From Phyllobates terribilis (taxonomy: Eukaryota): DNA of 64,000 nt. Position 1 is the stretch's first letter; each line of letters begins with the position of its first letter. Shown here in pieces: positions 27,294 through 38,400 of this stretch. The stretch lies in NCBI RefSeq assembly GCF_046119375.1, contig NW_027362765.1:163308001-163372000 (forward strand), given 5' to 3'. Both the position numbers and the translations under genes were made by a program. The notes below the pieces were generated by a model, which saw nothing but the letters and a program-made list of their open reading frames with translations, was not told the DNA's origin and searched no databases.

Positions 27294-27357
27294 GCCTCAC
27301 GGAGAAAAGGAGATGTATCCATTGCCTGAGTCCAGTCCAGAACAGCCTGAAGTAATC

Positions 27358-27843
27358 ATGAGCCACGGGATCAGCCATTCCTCCTCCACATCTCTCATGG
27401 GGATCTGCCATTATCCTAAAGCTTCTAGCCACATCTCTTCCCACCATGGAGGCATCCATAAGGTCCACCAGAAGAGTTCCTCCATTTCTCATTATGGTGG
27501 TCACTGCAAAGTTCCCATTGCTCATGGAAGTTCAAAACACACCTTTTCTGCCCATTCATCATCTGGTCACCACAATCATAACACCCACAGTCATGGAAGC
27601 CATGTCAAAATCTCAGGAAGCCACCATGGATGGAAAAATTCTGGTCTGCTTGATATTAATGAGAAGGAAACCTTACAACACCTCAACAGTAGATTATCAT
27701 CTTATTTGGATAAGGTGCGTTCCCTAGAAAAAGAGAATGCTCAACTGGAAAGGAAAATCTGTGAATGGTATGCAAGCAATGCACCCAGCTCTTTGCCTGA
27801 CTCCAGCAACTACTTTAGGACTATCAGGGAGCTTCAGAATCAG
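27358..27843 (+). CDS. Keratin A exon 1 (head + coil 1A)
   Basis: ATG 27358 gives MSHGISHSS, matching gene [10 protein letters not shown]; donor cag|gtatga. Confidence 0.92.
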
Positions 27844-30800
27844 GTATGATGACAATTAAGTCACTCATATGTATACCATTCTTGATGTAAAATGTGTGCA
27901 ATAGTATATCAACCATTTATCTATGTTCATTGAAGGTCTCTTCAGCCACTGTAGAGAATGCCCGGATTATATTACAGATAGACAATGCACAGTTGGCAGC
28001 AGATGACTTTAGAAACAAGTAAGTATTGCGGATGTGACATAATAAAAACCAAATTCATCATATTTCTTATTACAGTAGAACTCTATTTTATAACGGTATA
28101 TACTGTATTTTTATCGCTGTATTTTTTATGTCTACAAAGGTATGAGACGGAACGCAACTTGAGGAGCAATGTTGAGGCAGATGTTGCAGAGCTTCAAAGA
28201 GCTCTTGAGGAGTTGAACATGCAAAGAAGAAATTTGGAATCAGAAGTTCAATGCCTCCAAGAAGAACTTATCCAACTTAAGAGCAGACATGATGAGGTAA
28301 TTGTGGCACTGCAATTTCAATCTATTGTCCTGCCAGTAAGCAGTAGTGTTCTGTTGGCTTCTTGCGAAGTAATGATCTCAAACATTAAACATACATGGTC
28401 ATACTGGTGCAGAGGAAAATAAGGAAGTTACTGGCAGACATATTTGGATAACTAATGATTAGACATGTTGAACGCATGCAAAATCATTATTTTCTCGAAT
28501 GTTAGCCTGTGAAACAGTCAGTCTTCCCTGACGGGGTAAACTGATAGTTTGACCAAGAGATCCAAGCTACAAATGTTACAGAGATTTGTGAGAATCTTCT
28601 AACACCCAGCCTGTGAGTTCACTCAGATTTTGGAACATTTTTGTCATCATGACCTGACTAGGCATCTACATAACAGATTATATTAAGCTGCCATCTCTAG
28701 GGACTGAATCATGAAATAATTATTAAGAAAGCATATTATTGGAATCTTATATCCCTTATAGTACATCAAGTACTATACATCTAAATCAAGTAGCCTCTAC
28801 TCAAGTAATTAACAGAATTCCCCCAAAGATATGGTCGTACACTTTGCTGCAAATAATAGCTTAGTTCATCCATCTTGTAGCAGTCACCACCATTCTGGTG
28901 ATCAGGTCCATGCACAGCCCATAAAAATTTGGTGGATCTATGGCATATAATTGCACTACAGTTCAAGGAATTATTTTAACTACTGGACTTTTCCATTTAT
29001 TATTATGTTTATTATATTTTATATTTTAGGTTGAGTTCACATGTACATGTTATATAGCTCGTGTATGGATGGATGGCAAAGCTTGGAGTGACTGTGGTTC
29101 TCTTGCCCTTAACTAACACCCTAATAGGCATATACTGTATGAGACTGTTAGTTCAGGTCAGGAGAATTGGGGACATCCATGACATTCCGGTTTGTATACA
29201 GAGGATGTAAGGATGTGTGAATTCAGCCTGTTATACTAAAATATTCAATTTTCTCATTTAAGGAGATCAATTCATTACAATCACAACTGGGAGCCAGAGT
29301 CAATGTGGAACTTAATGCTGCTCCAGCCGTAGATCTGAACAGAGCCCTGTCTGGAGTTAGAGAAGAATATGAAAACCTGATGGAGCGAAATTTGAGGGAG
29401 GTGGAGAGCATTTTCCTAAACAGGGTAAGTATAATTCATTCTAAATATCAATGGTGTTGGGACAGGGGCAGAAGTTGTTTCAAAAGTGGTGCCAATCTAT
29501 AGATACTATGTAGTGTGATGTCATCATAACTTTTAACAAGTCTATAGATACCATGTAGTGTTATTTAGTTGACACTGGTGATCCCAAGGATAGCGCCCAA
29601 GAAGTACTTTTAACCTCCAAAGTAAATAAACCCTCTCTTTTTTTCATTGCAGACAGCAGAGCTGAACCAAGAGATGTCTTCAGGGGCAGCACAACTTCAG
29701 TCTGTTAATAATGAACTCATCGACCTGAAACGCTCTGTACAGACTTTGGGGATTGAACTGGAAAGCCAACTCAGCTTGGTATGACCATAGATGAGATCAG
29801 CATTAGCTAGGCGTGTGCATGGTCTTAAGGGGGCAGATCTTTTATTCAACCATACATAAATTACATGCCAGCTATTCAAATGAGAAGCTGGTCAATTAAG
29901 AGGTGACTACTGACCAGGCAAAGTATCTTGACCTGGACTCTGGCTAAAAAAGAGGTTTGCCATTTAATGTATGTCATCCTCAGGCCACAATAAACCATAG
30001 GAAAAGGGATTGTTCCGATAAGTCAAACCATTTGAGATGACTCATTTACATGAATGTGAACATCTTCACACTTATTTTTTGTTAAGTCTTTCGAGACATT
30101 TTTAGAATGCAATTTATACAGTAATTTTTCTCTCATTTTAGAAATCAGCTCTAGAGTCCACATTAGCAGAAACTGAAACAGCGTTTAGTTCCCAGCTTAC
30201 CCAGTTACAAGGGATGATTAATAACATTGAAAGTCAACTAGCCAAGATTCGATCTGACTTGGAACGGCAAAATCATGAATATCAACTTCTCATGAATCAG
30301 AAGACTCACCTGGAGATGGAGATTGCAACCTACAAACGTCTCCTAGATGGTCATGACATCAAGTAAGCACAGTATTGGCTTCACTGAACAATTGGTATAA
30401 GTTGCCTAGAGCTGTTACACAATTACTACTTTCAGGATGACCAGACAGCCATCCTGTAATTTTGCAACAGCTGGAGAGTTCGAGTTTGGAAACCACTGTT
30501 ATTATACAGTAGTGTCTTCATTGTATACCTTTAATGGAAATCGGTTAGTGAACTTGGTGTCACACTTATTTTTATATTTTAATGTTATTAAATTGCTTTA
30601 GTTAGATAGACAACATAAAAATAAGCAAGTTTGCAATTAACTTGCTCTTTCTATTTGCTTTCATTCTCCAGCTGTGAAAGCTTTTATCTTACAAAGTGCA
30701 CAGCTTTTTTGCAAGGAGCCCAGTAGTTACATTTCAGGAGAGAAGTTGATTCTTGAGATACCAGTCAGCTATCCCCAGACAGCTATTGAGGGTTATATAA

Positions 30801-32183
30801 ATCCTTAACCTGGGTTTCATGTAGTCAAACCTAGAGGCTTCATGACCGCACCAAAAGTATTCATGGAAGCCTCTATACCATTAGTATGTCATTTATGTAT
30901 TAGTAATGTCTAAATGTTTTTTCTCTTTGTTTAGGGCGCCATCTCACGATCACAGTTCATGGCATAAAGAATGTAAGTTATGATCTACATAGTAATGGAA
31001 TACATAGATATGTAAGTAGGTTAAAAAGAAAATGTCAAAAGTATTGTACATTTTTAAGACCTCATTACATTTGTCAATGGCCTGAGAGGCACTGTTTTTT
31101 AATCAACCCCTTTAAGCAACAGTTTTTCTATTAGCAGCCTAAAAAGGGGACACATCAAATGTATATGAAATAAAATTTAAAGTTTATTACATAGATGATA
31201 AAACCAGGTAAGGGAAATAGGGTGAGGTGTCCAATGAAATTGAGAGGAAGCATAGGGAGTACAGAACGATTGTAGTATACAATTCTACTATTGCAATAAA
31301 ATTGTCAAGAAGCACAGATACAATCAAAGACCTAATTAAATCACAGTGCATACCAGTATATCATAAACATGAATTATAAAGTGCATAGTGCTATAGATAT
31401 GTTTATAATGTCAGTGCTGTGACCTATTAAAGTGAAAAAGTAGCCAAAGAATAAATGGATGAATCATATGTTCAAACCTGCAATGTAAAAGTGCAAAAGG
31501 AGATGGAGTAGATACTGACCCCCAGCGCTGCCATCGCTCATCCTACGGATGTTTCGCCAATGCATCCTCGTTAAAGCATTGTCGAAACGCGCGTCGACGC
31601 GCTGGGGGTCAGTATCTACTCCATCTCGTTTTGCACTTTTACATTGCAGGTTTGAACATATGATTCATCCATTTATTCTTTGGCTACTTTTTTACTTTAA
31701 TAGGTCACAGCACTGACATTATAAACATATTTATAGCACTATGCACTTTATAATTCATGTTTATGATATGCTGGTATACACTGTGATTTAATTAGGTTTT
31801 TGATTGTATCTGTGCGTCCTGACAATTTTATTGCAATAGTAGAGTTGTATACTACCATCGTTCTGTACCCCCTTTGCATCCTCTCTGTTTTACTGGACAC
31901 CTCACCCTATTTCCCTTACCTGGTTTTATCATCTATGTAATAAACTTTAAATTTTATTTGATATACATTTGATGTGTCCCCTTTTTAGGTTGTTATATTT
32001 ATAGACACACAAATTACCAACAGCTTTTGGGTTCTAATATGCGGTATTAGATTTTCTAATAAGTAGCATGTTACTTGCTAGTTGCGTACAATGAACTCAT
32101 CTATACAATAATGCTAATAAGCCTAATAACCAAATTATGTATTTTTTCTTTCTGTAGCATCTTATCACAGCAGCAAGTGTTAG
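27358..32183 (+). CDS. Type I (acidic) keratin, paralog A, 8 exons, 432 aa, His/Ser-rich head
   Basis: Exons 27358-27843, 27936-28018, 28140-28296, 29263-29424, 29653-29778, 30142-30362, 30935-30972, 32158-32183 join in frame (1299 nt) with GT-AG introns. Coil 1A reads [24 protein letters not shown] and the helix-termination motif reads [13 protein letters not shown]. Exon sizes 83/157/162/126/221 are those of type I keratin genes. Orthology cannot be assigned without a tree. Confidence 0.93.
27936..28018 (+). CDS. Keratin A exon 2
   Basis: 83 nt, [27 protein letters not shown]; ag|...|gtaagt. Confidence 0.93.
28140..28296 (+). CDS. Keratin A exon 3
   Basis: 157 nt, [15 protein letters not shown]...LKSRHDE. 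Confidence 0.93.
29263..29424 (+). CDS. Keratin A exon 4
   Basis: 162 nt, ...[25 protein letters not shown]... Confidence 0.93.
29653..29778 (+). CDS. Keratin A exon 5
   Basis: 126 nt, [17 protein letters not shown]...ESQLSL. Confidence 0.93.
30142..30362 (+). CDS. Keratin A exon 6
   Basis: 221 nt, [12 protein letters not shown]...[14 protein letters not shown]. Confidence 0.94.
30935..30972 (+). CDS. Keratin A exon 7 (tail)
   Basis: 38 nt, [12 protein letters not shown]; ttag|...|gtaagt; phase fits. Confidence 0.8.
31138..31989. repeat. 390-bp inverted repeat, probably Penelope-like element derived, in keratin A intron 7
   Basis: Arms 31138-31527 and 31600-31989 with about 18 mismatches; centre holds gtttcg / cgaaacgcgcgtc hammerhead-type remnants. 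Confidence 0.9.
32158..32183 (+). CDS. Keratin A exon 8 (tail end)
   Basis: Strong acceptor ttttttctttctgtag; SSYHSSKC-stop; KC-stop shared with paralogs. Confidence 0.78.
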
Positions 32184-32884
32184 AAGCTTTTGGAAAAACT
32201 GAAGATAAAATGCACACCATTATCTTCTGGAAAGAATATGGCTTTGAACCTAGCTTAGAAATTCTGTCTTCTACTTATTCTGTTGGCACCATGCAGGTTA
32301 TGAATCCACATGAGACAAAACCTACAGAGTTTCGATAGACTCCAAAATGTAAAATTCTTCCTTCAGCCATCATTGGTGGGAACTATACTGGTTTATTATT
32401 GTATGAACCGTATGCAGCAAGCTCCCAAGCTCACTCTAGTGGTGTCTGCAAGAAGCCCGCATTATAGCATCTAACTGCAATTATGCAGGGGATTTATAGT
32501 TCGCTATCACAAAAGACAACTTTCAATAGCTCCTGGGAGGGGCAATTTATTGTATCATAGAATCAATATACTTTAGCAAGTTAATGGAAAATAATTCTAA
32601 ATGGAAAATTTCAAGAGAACATTCTGTAGATTTGAGGACAGCTTAAAATACTGAGACAATGTCTCAAGCAGTATTAATGGGCTTTACACATATTGACTCA
32701 TAGGACTAAACTGAATATTCCTAATGATTTCTCAGAATCTTAATATGGTTAGCTACCTCATAGCATACATAGACAGAACAGTAATATGTACAGTAACCAT
32801 AGAGTATGACTATTGATGGATTTGGGCCGTATGGTCATTTCAGCTCTTTTCTTTCTCTGCTGGATGCTTTGGTTTCTCAATGAT

Positions 32885-32890
32885 AATAAA
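32885..32890 (+). promoter_or_regulatory. Candidate polyadenylation signal of keratin A
   Basis: First AATAAA I found after the stop, about 700 nt downstream. Confidence 0.45.
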
Positions 32891-34871
32891 ATATGTTCAT
32901 GCAATTATATGCTTGCTTGGTTATTTAAAAAAAAAATTGAAGAAAAACGATCAATTCAACATAGTAGCCCATTCTCATATCAATTCAGCCTGGTCTACTG
33001 CATAATTTACTGTGATTATGGCCTGAACACTATAATTTACTTATATATATAGACTATATAGTGGCCATTTGTTTGGAAACCATTCATGTATCATGCATGA
33101 ACTGACATGTTCATGCATGATACAGACATCCCATTGGTTTCAATAGAAACGGTGTAATTCTTCATTTTCCCTGTGGAGGCAGTGTAGGAATAATAAAAAG
33201 CTGATCACAAAAGATCCCAGATGTGGTGCATTAGGGGATCTTACTAAAAGATATTTTCCAAAGAGAACACCACATTTATAGTTGAACAACATATGAAAAA
33301 TATTACAATGTTCTTGCAGACATGAAATAATCATACACAATCACAAAGTCTCGGAAGTACACTACACATTCCTATTCTAATTACAGAATCAATGTATTAA
33401 GAAATAATTATCATCTAATCCAGAAATTAACATGAACTCCTTATATGACACTGACATTAGTAATTAAATTTTTATTTTCAAGTGAAGTCAGAGTTAAAGG
33501 GATTTGCTGTTCTTGGAAAACCCCTATTCCCTGGACAAACTGAGCTTTAACACCCCTGTGTCCAGTGCTGAGTCTCCAGATGTCTATTATTGTCTGCAGC
33601 GCTGACATCACGTCAACAGTGCTGCAAACAATCAATGAGCTCAGCGACTCAGAGCAGCATTTGCAATCTACTTGGGCAGAGCTGCTAAGCTAAGTTATTG
33701 CCTGCAGCGCTATCAACATGACATCAGCACTGCAGACAATAATAGACACTGGGAGCAGCGGTGGAGACTTAACGCTGTAACTGATGAGGGTTTATAACAT
33801 GCAGTTTGTTTTCTTAAAAATAAATTGTGCCAGGTGAGAGGGATTTTTTGAAATCGGAAAACAACTATAAGTCCTATAGGATAGAGGGTTTCAATCAAAA
33901 ATTAATTTGGAGCCCATTTCTTGATTCTGCTTCACACTTTCATAGCTCACTATCTAGAGATTGAAGGTCCTAGTATTTATTCTTCTTACCCCCATAAACT
34001 TTGTCCAGGAATTGTTTGCAAGTATCACAGTTGCAGACAATAGGTAAATCATGACATAGGTCACAGGGTCATTGAGGAGGAGGGATGGACCAGGTCAAGT
34101 CAATGAGGAGAACCTCCTTTTCGCCACAGCTACTAATGATACAATATAACTTATAAGAAAAGAAAACTCATTGCTCAATTTACCTGAATTCAGTAAAGGG
34201 GCCATTTTTTTTATGCTGTTTTTCAATATAGAGGAAAATATCTGCTCAATTAATGGAAAATCTGCTAAAATAAGATACTCATCCAATTGTTTAGAATACT
34301 AAAAGGTAAAGAATAACCGAAATTTCACAAAACTTTTTATATCTAAAAAAGTGATAAATGAGACTTGGGTGCTGAGACCCCCACAGATCACTAAAACAAT
34401 GAGGTAACAAAATGTATGACCCACCCACCAGCCATCATGCTAAGCTTCAGGGATTGGGGAATGGGACTATGTACAATCTCAAAGTAATATGGAGCCATAA
34501 CTGCAATACCCATAGATGTTTGTGGGCCCATACTGCATCTCTGTATGCCTCTGATTTAGGAAAGTTTTTTTTTTGTAACACCAGATATTTCAAATTTAAC
34601 ATTTCATATGAATGCAATTTTTTTACTGCTCATAAAATACATTTTGTGATTGATGGACAGGTCATAATTAAAACAAATATATTGACAAGGTGTGGTGAAT
34701 GTATCTCTCTGATGTCTGAGGCCTGTTTCATACTTCAGTCAAGTGATTCACTAATCCTATTATTAGGCTTTGGTTGTGATGCTAGCTTTGAGATCTGACA
34801 AACTTTAAAGGAATATGATGGGGAATGATGCATATAAAATGCCTATAAACTGACCTAATGTCACGGCTTCA

Positions 34872-34878
34872 TATAAAT
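34872..34878 (+). promoter_or_regulatory. TATA box of keratin B
   Basis: TATAAAT about 100 nt upstream of ATG 34971; two more TATAAA-like motifs at about 34833 and 34844. Confidence 0.6.
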
Positions 34879-34970
34879 ACAGGACTAGTGCATAGGGCAT
34901 TTTTACAGATCGCTCATTGAACAAGCATCAATTTCTAGTCTCTTGCAGAAAGTGCAGAACAAAGGAAATA

Positions 34971-35480
34971 ATGAGTCACGTTATCAGTCACTCTTCTTCG
35001 AGATCTCTGGTGGGAGTTTGTCATACTGGAGGTCATTACCCGAAAGCCTCCAGACATATTTCCTCACACCACCATGATCTCCATAAAGACTATCTGAAAA
35101 ACTCCTCAATCTCACATCTTGGTAGTCATTACCAAGATTGCAATAGAAGACCCACAACATTATCATTTTCCAGTAGGTCATGTGGTGGTCATGGTTATGG
35201 AGTTGGTATAGTCTTTGGTGCTCATAGTCCTGGAAGGCTCCTCAAAAGCTCAGGAGGCCATGATGACTGGAAAACTAATAGCCTGGTGAACATCAATGAA
35301 AAGGAAACCATGCAACATCTTAATCAGAGACTATCCTCATATATTGAAAAAGTACATGCCTTGGAGCAAGACAATGCTCAATTGGAGAGAAGGATCTGTG
35401 AGTGGTATTCTACCAATGCTCCCAGTACATTACCTGACTCCAGCCAATTCTTTAGGAGTATCCAAGATCTCCAAAATGAG
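34971..35480 (+). CDS. Keratin B exon 1
   Basis: 510 nt, MSHVISHSS...IQDLQNE; donor gtaaaa. Confidence 0.92.
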
Positions 35481-38400
35481 GTAAAAAAAACACTCTTTAA
35501 GATAATATTTATGTCACATACTTAATCATAAATAATTTCGTATTACTTTTAGATTTTTTCCACCAAAGTGGATAATACACACATCATCATGCAAATAGAC
35601 AATGCGCAGCTGGCAGCAGATGACCTGAGAAACAAGTAAGCCTTAACTACTACAATTTTATATGAATATATTTTGTTCTTTGTTAGGGGGGGTTATCAGA
35701 TTTTTAAAATCCTATTCTGTTAGAAGACCTCCTGAAAATAAGCTTATCACAGGGTCTCTAGATGCAGAACAAGCAACATGACAAACCATTGCCAAGTTCT
35801 TGTTATCGTCACATTATAGATATGCGATGGAGCTTGATCTGAGACGTAACATTGAAGCAGATGTTAGTAGCCTTCGAAAAGCCCTGGAGCAACTTAACAT
35901 GCAAAGTCAAGACTTGGAAATTCAAGTTCGATGCCTTCAAGAAGAGCTCCTCCAATTAAAGAGCAATCACGAAGAAGTAAATAAAAATATTAGAGAGAAA
36001 TTGCACATTTTTAGTAACGCACTATAAAATATTATATGTTACTTGTCATTTAAGGACGTAAACTCTCTGAGGGCTCAACTAGGTGCTAGAGTCAACGTGG
36101 AAGTAGATGCTGCTCCTTCTACAGATCTAAATAAAATCCTATCGGAGGTTAGAGATCAATATGAGAACCTGATGGAGAGAAACATTAAAGAGGTTGAGAG
36201 CATATTCCTGGCAAGGGTAAGACCTGAAGAAATATTTTATTTTAAAAAGCATGTGTCAAGTGTAAATTCTTCTTATGCTTTGTTATATTCTCCCTTAGGC
36301 TATGTTCACATTACCATATTTTCGGCCCAATTGCTGCTCATGGAAAAAACTGACAGCATTCGGACCAATATGCAGGTGACTGTAGTTTATACACAGTCTG
36401 TACAAACAAAATTACTGCATGCACTAGTCTCTGCCGTATTTCAGATGAGACTTACCTATTCACCTATTCAAGTCTATGGATAGTCAAAAAATCAGATCCC
36501 ATATGGATCAACCATATAGCATTTAATTTTAACTGACACATTGCCATTATTAACATAGGAAACTGTTTCTGGTCTTGTAAATTTTATTCACTGATGATGT
36601 ATAAAAATAGATGGCATATGACAATACAGATGAAAAATCGTTTGTTTTTTATATGCTCTTGTGAACTTAGTCTTAGAAGACTCCTTTATATAAAATACAT
36701 TGATACCTGCGATACGATGCCTTATTTCAGAGAAAATCACGTTTTCTTAATATGTAAATAAGCTGTTAAGATCTACGGGCTGGACATAGATCTCCCTAAG
36801 AATCTGTCTCCAGAGCTTATTATAAATTAATAGGGGTGGGGGTGTTATCAGTGTTATCAGTATGAGACATGTAGATCAGGAGGCAAAAATGGAAACTGGC
36901 ACATTTAGGCCGGCTGTAGTGTGGGAATGAAGAGCCTTGGGATGCCAAATCGTTTTTTATCAATAGTAATACTGACGCGCCCCCTGGGCCTGTGCTGTGC
37001 AGGGGGATACCCGGAGCCGGATCGCTGGGGGTTGTAGTCTCAGTGTGGCGGTGACCCGGTCCGTGCCCAGGGCGGTCAAACCAGTGGCAGTCTTAAGTAA
37101 TAACAATGTCCGACTACGCCACCCGTGGATTGCGGTCAGTGGGGACCGCCGCTGTGCTGCAGACCGCTGAGGCTGATGTAGTTTGCGCAGCCGAGTATGG
37201 AATAACTCCCCACGGGAGAAGTATTGCCTCAGGGCAGCTAATGTGGATGATGGGAGTGATGGTGTGAGCGTCCCAGTAGTAATGGTGCGGCGATGAAACA
37301 CAGAGACGTGTGGTGCAGTTCAGGGTCTTTACTGATGGTATAAAGCAGACCCTCCCGGGAGTACTGGTTAGCAGTAGGGGCCTGGTCAGTCTGTGAGCAA
37401 GCAGGATCTCCCCTGGCCAGGTGGAGTTGTAGGGCTCCCCGACTATCTGCACTCTTTCCTGGCTACCTTGCTCTATGCGGGTAGAAGTAGCCCACGTCCC
37501 TGAGTATACCGTGTGGTGCTCACCCGTATGGCCGGTGACTTGGGGCCTTCCGTTAGCCTCCGCTTCACGATGGCGGTGCTGGTCCCTTGCTTGTGACCGT
37601 GCCTTCGGATTTCTAAGGCCAGAGGACATGGAATCCCCTGCCGGTTGGATTCTGCTGCTGGACCTGGATGTCCCCACAGCCTCGGACTCCGTGTCCGGTA
37701 TTAGTGTCTTCAACCAGGGCGAACTCTGCTCAGCTCCAGCCCCTGGTATTCAGTTACTGTTCCTACAGAGCTCCTGGTTCTTACTTTCCCTCTCCAGGCT
37801 CTGACTGCTCTGCTTGTTCTGCAGGCTCTGTTTCTGTCTTCACTCAGACTGAACTCTGTTCTAAGATGGTGCCCACCTTATATACCTCCTTCTAACACCC
37901 GAGCCCAGGTAACTAGCAACCAATGGGCTCCTACCTATGCCCAGAAACCCACCCCTATCTGCTCCTACACCACTGGGTATTCCACCCCCCGCCCCACTCC
38001 AGCCAGGGACAGATGCTGTCGTGCCTGCACTTCTGTCTAGTGGGAGCACCGTTGAGCTGTCCCTCGGAAATGGGGTGTGTGTGTGATGCATGCAGCTTAC
38101 TGAGTCCTAGTCCACACTCCATCCTTACCCGGGAGTGGAATATCACACCTCTGGTTTGAGGTGCAATACCCCTGTAGCAGCCGAGCCTTCGGGGTGCTAC
38201 ATTCCCCCCTGGTAAATCACAGCACGTCCTCGGGCTGGAAAAGAATAAAACAATTTAAAACATACAAATTTTTAGAATGCATTCGCATATAAGAGATTTA
38301 ACCAAAAACTCATCCCTTTATGGGAGGTACTCTTTTCTTTCCAACGTTACTGGTATAAACATTAATGAACATTATAAGATTTTCTTCACACACACATAAA

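Noticed and set aside
27313-27357. In-frame upstream ATG extending keratin A by 15 aa, and a Kozak-like ATG at 27233
   Set aside because: 27313 is only about 26 nt from the TATA start, at or before the expected TSS; homology with gene B starts at 27358; the 27233 ORF is 9 codons and upstream of the TATA box
28297-28422. Read-through extensions of exon ORFs into introns (also 36217-36483 and 57833-57967)
   Set aside because: Good GT donors at the conserved keratin exon boundaries; the extensions lose coiled-coil character
31551-31595. Active hammerhead ribozyme at the centre of the inverted repeat
   Set aside because: GAAAC-gcgc-GUC is present but no CUGANGA or compensated core precedes stem II
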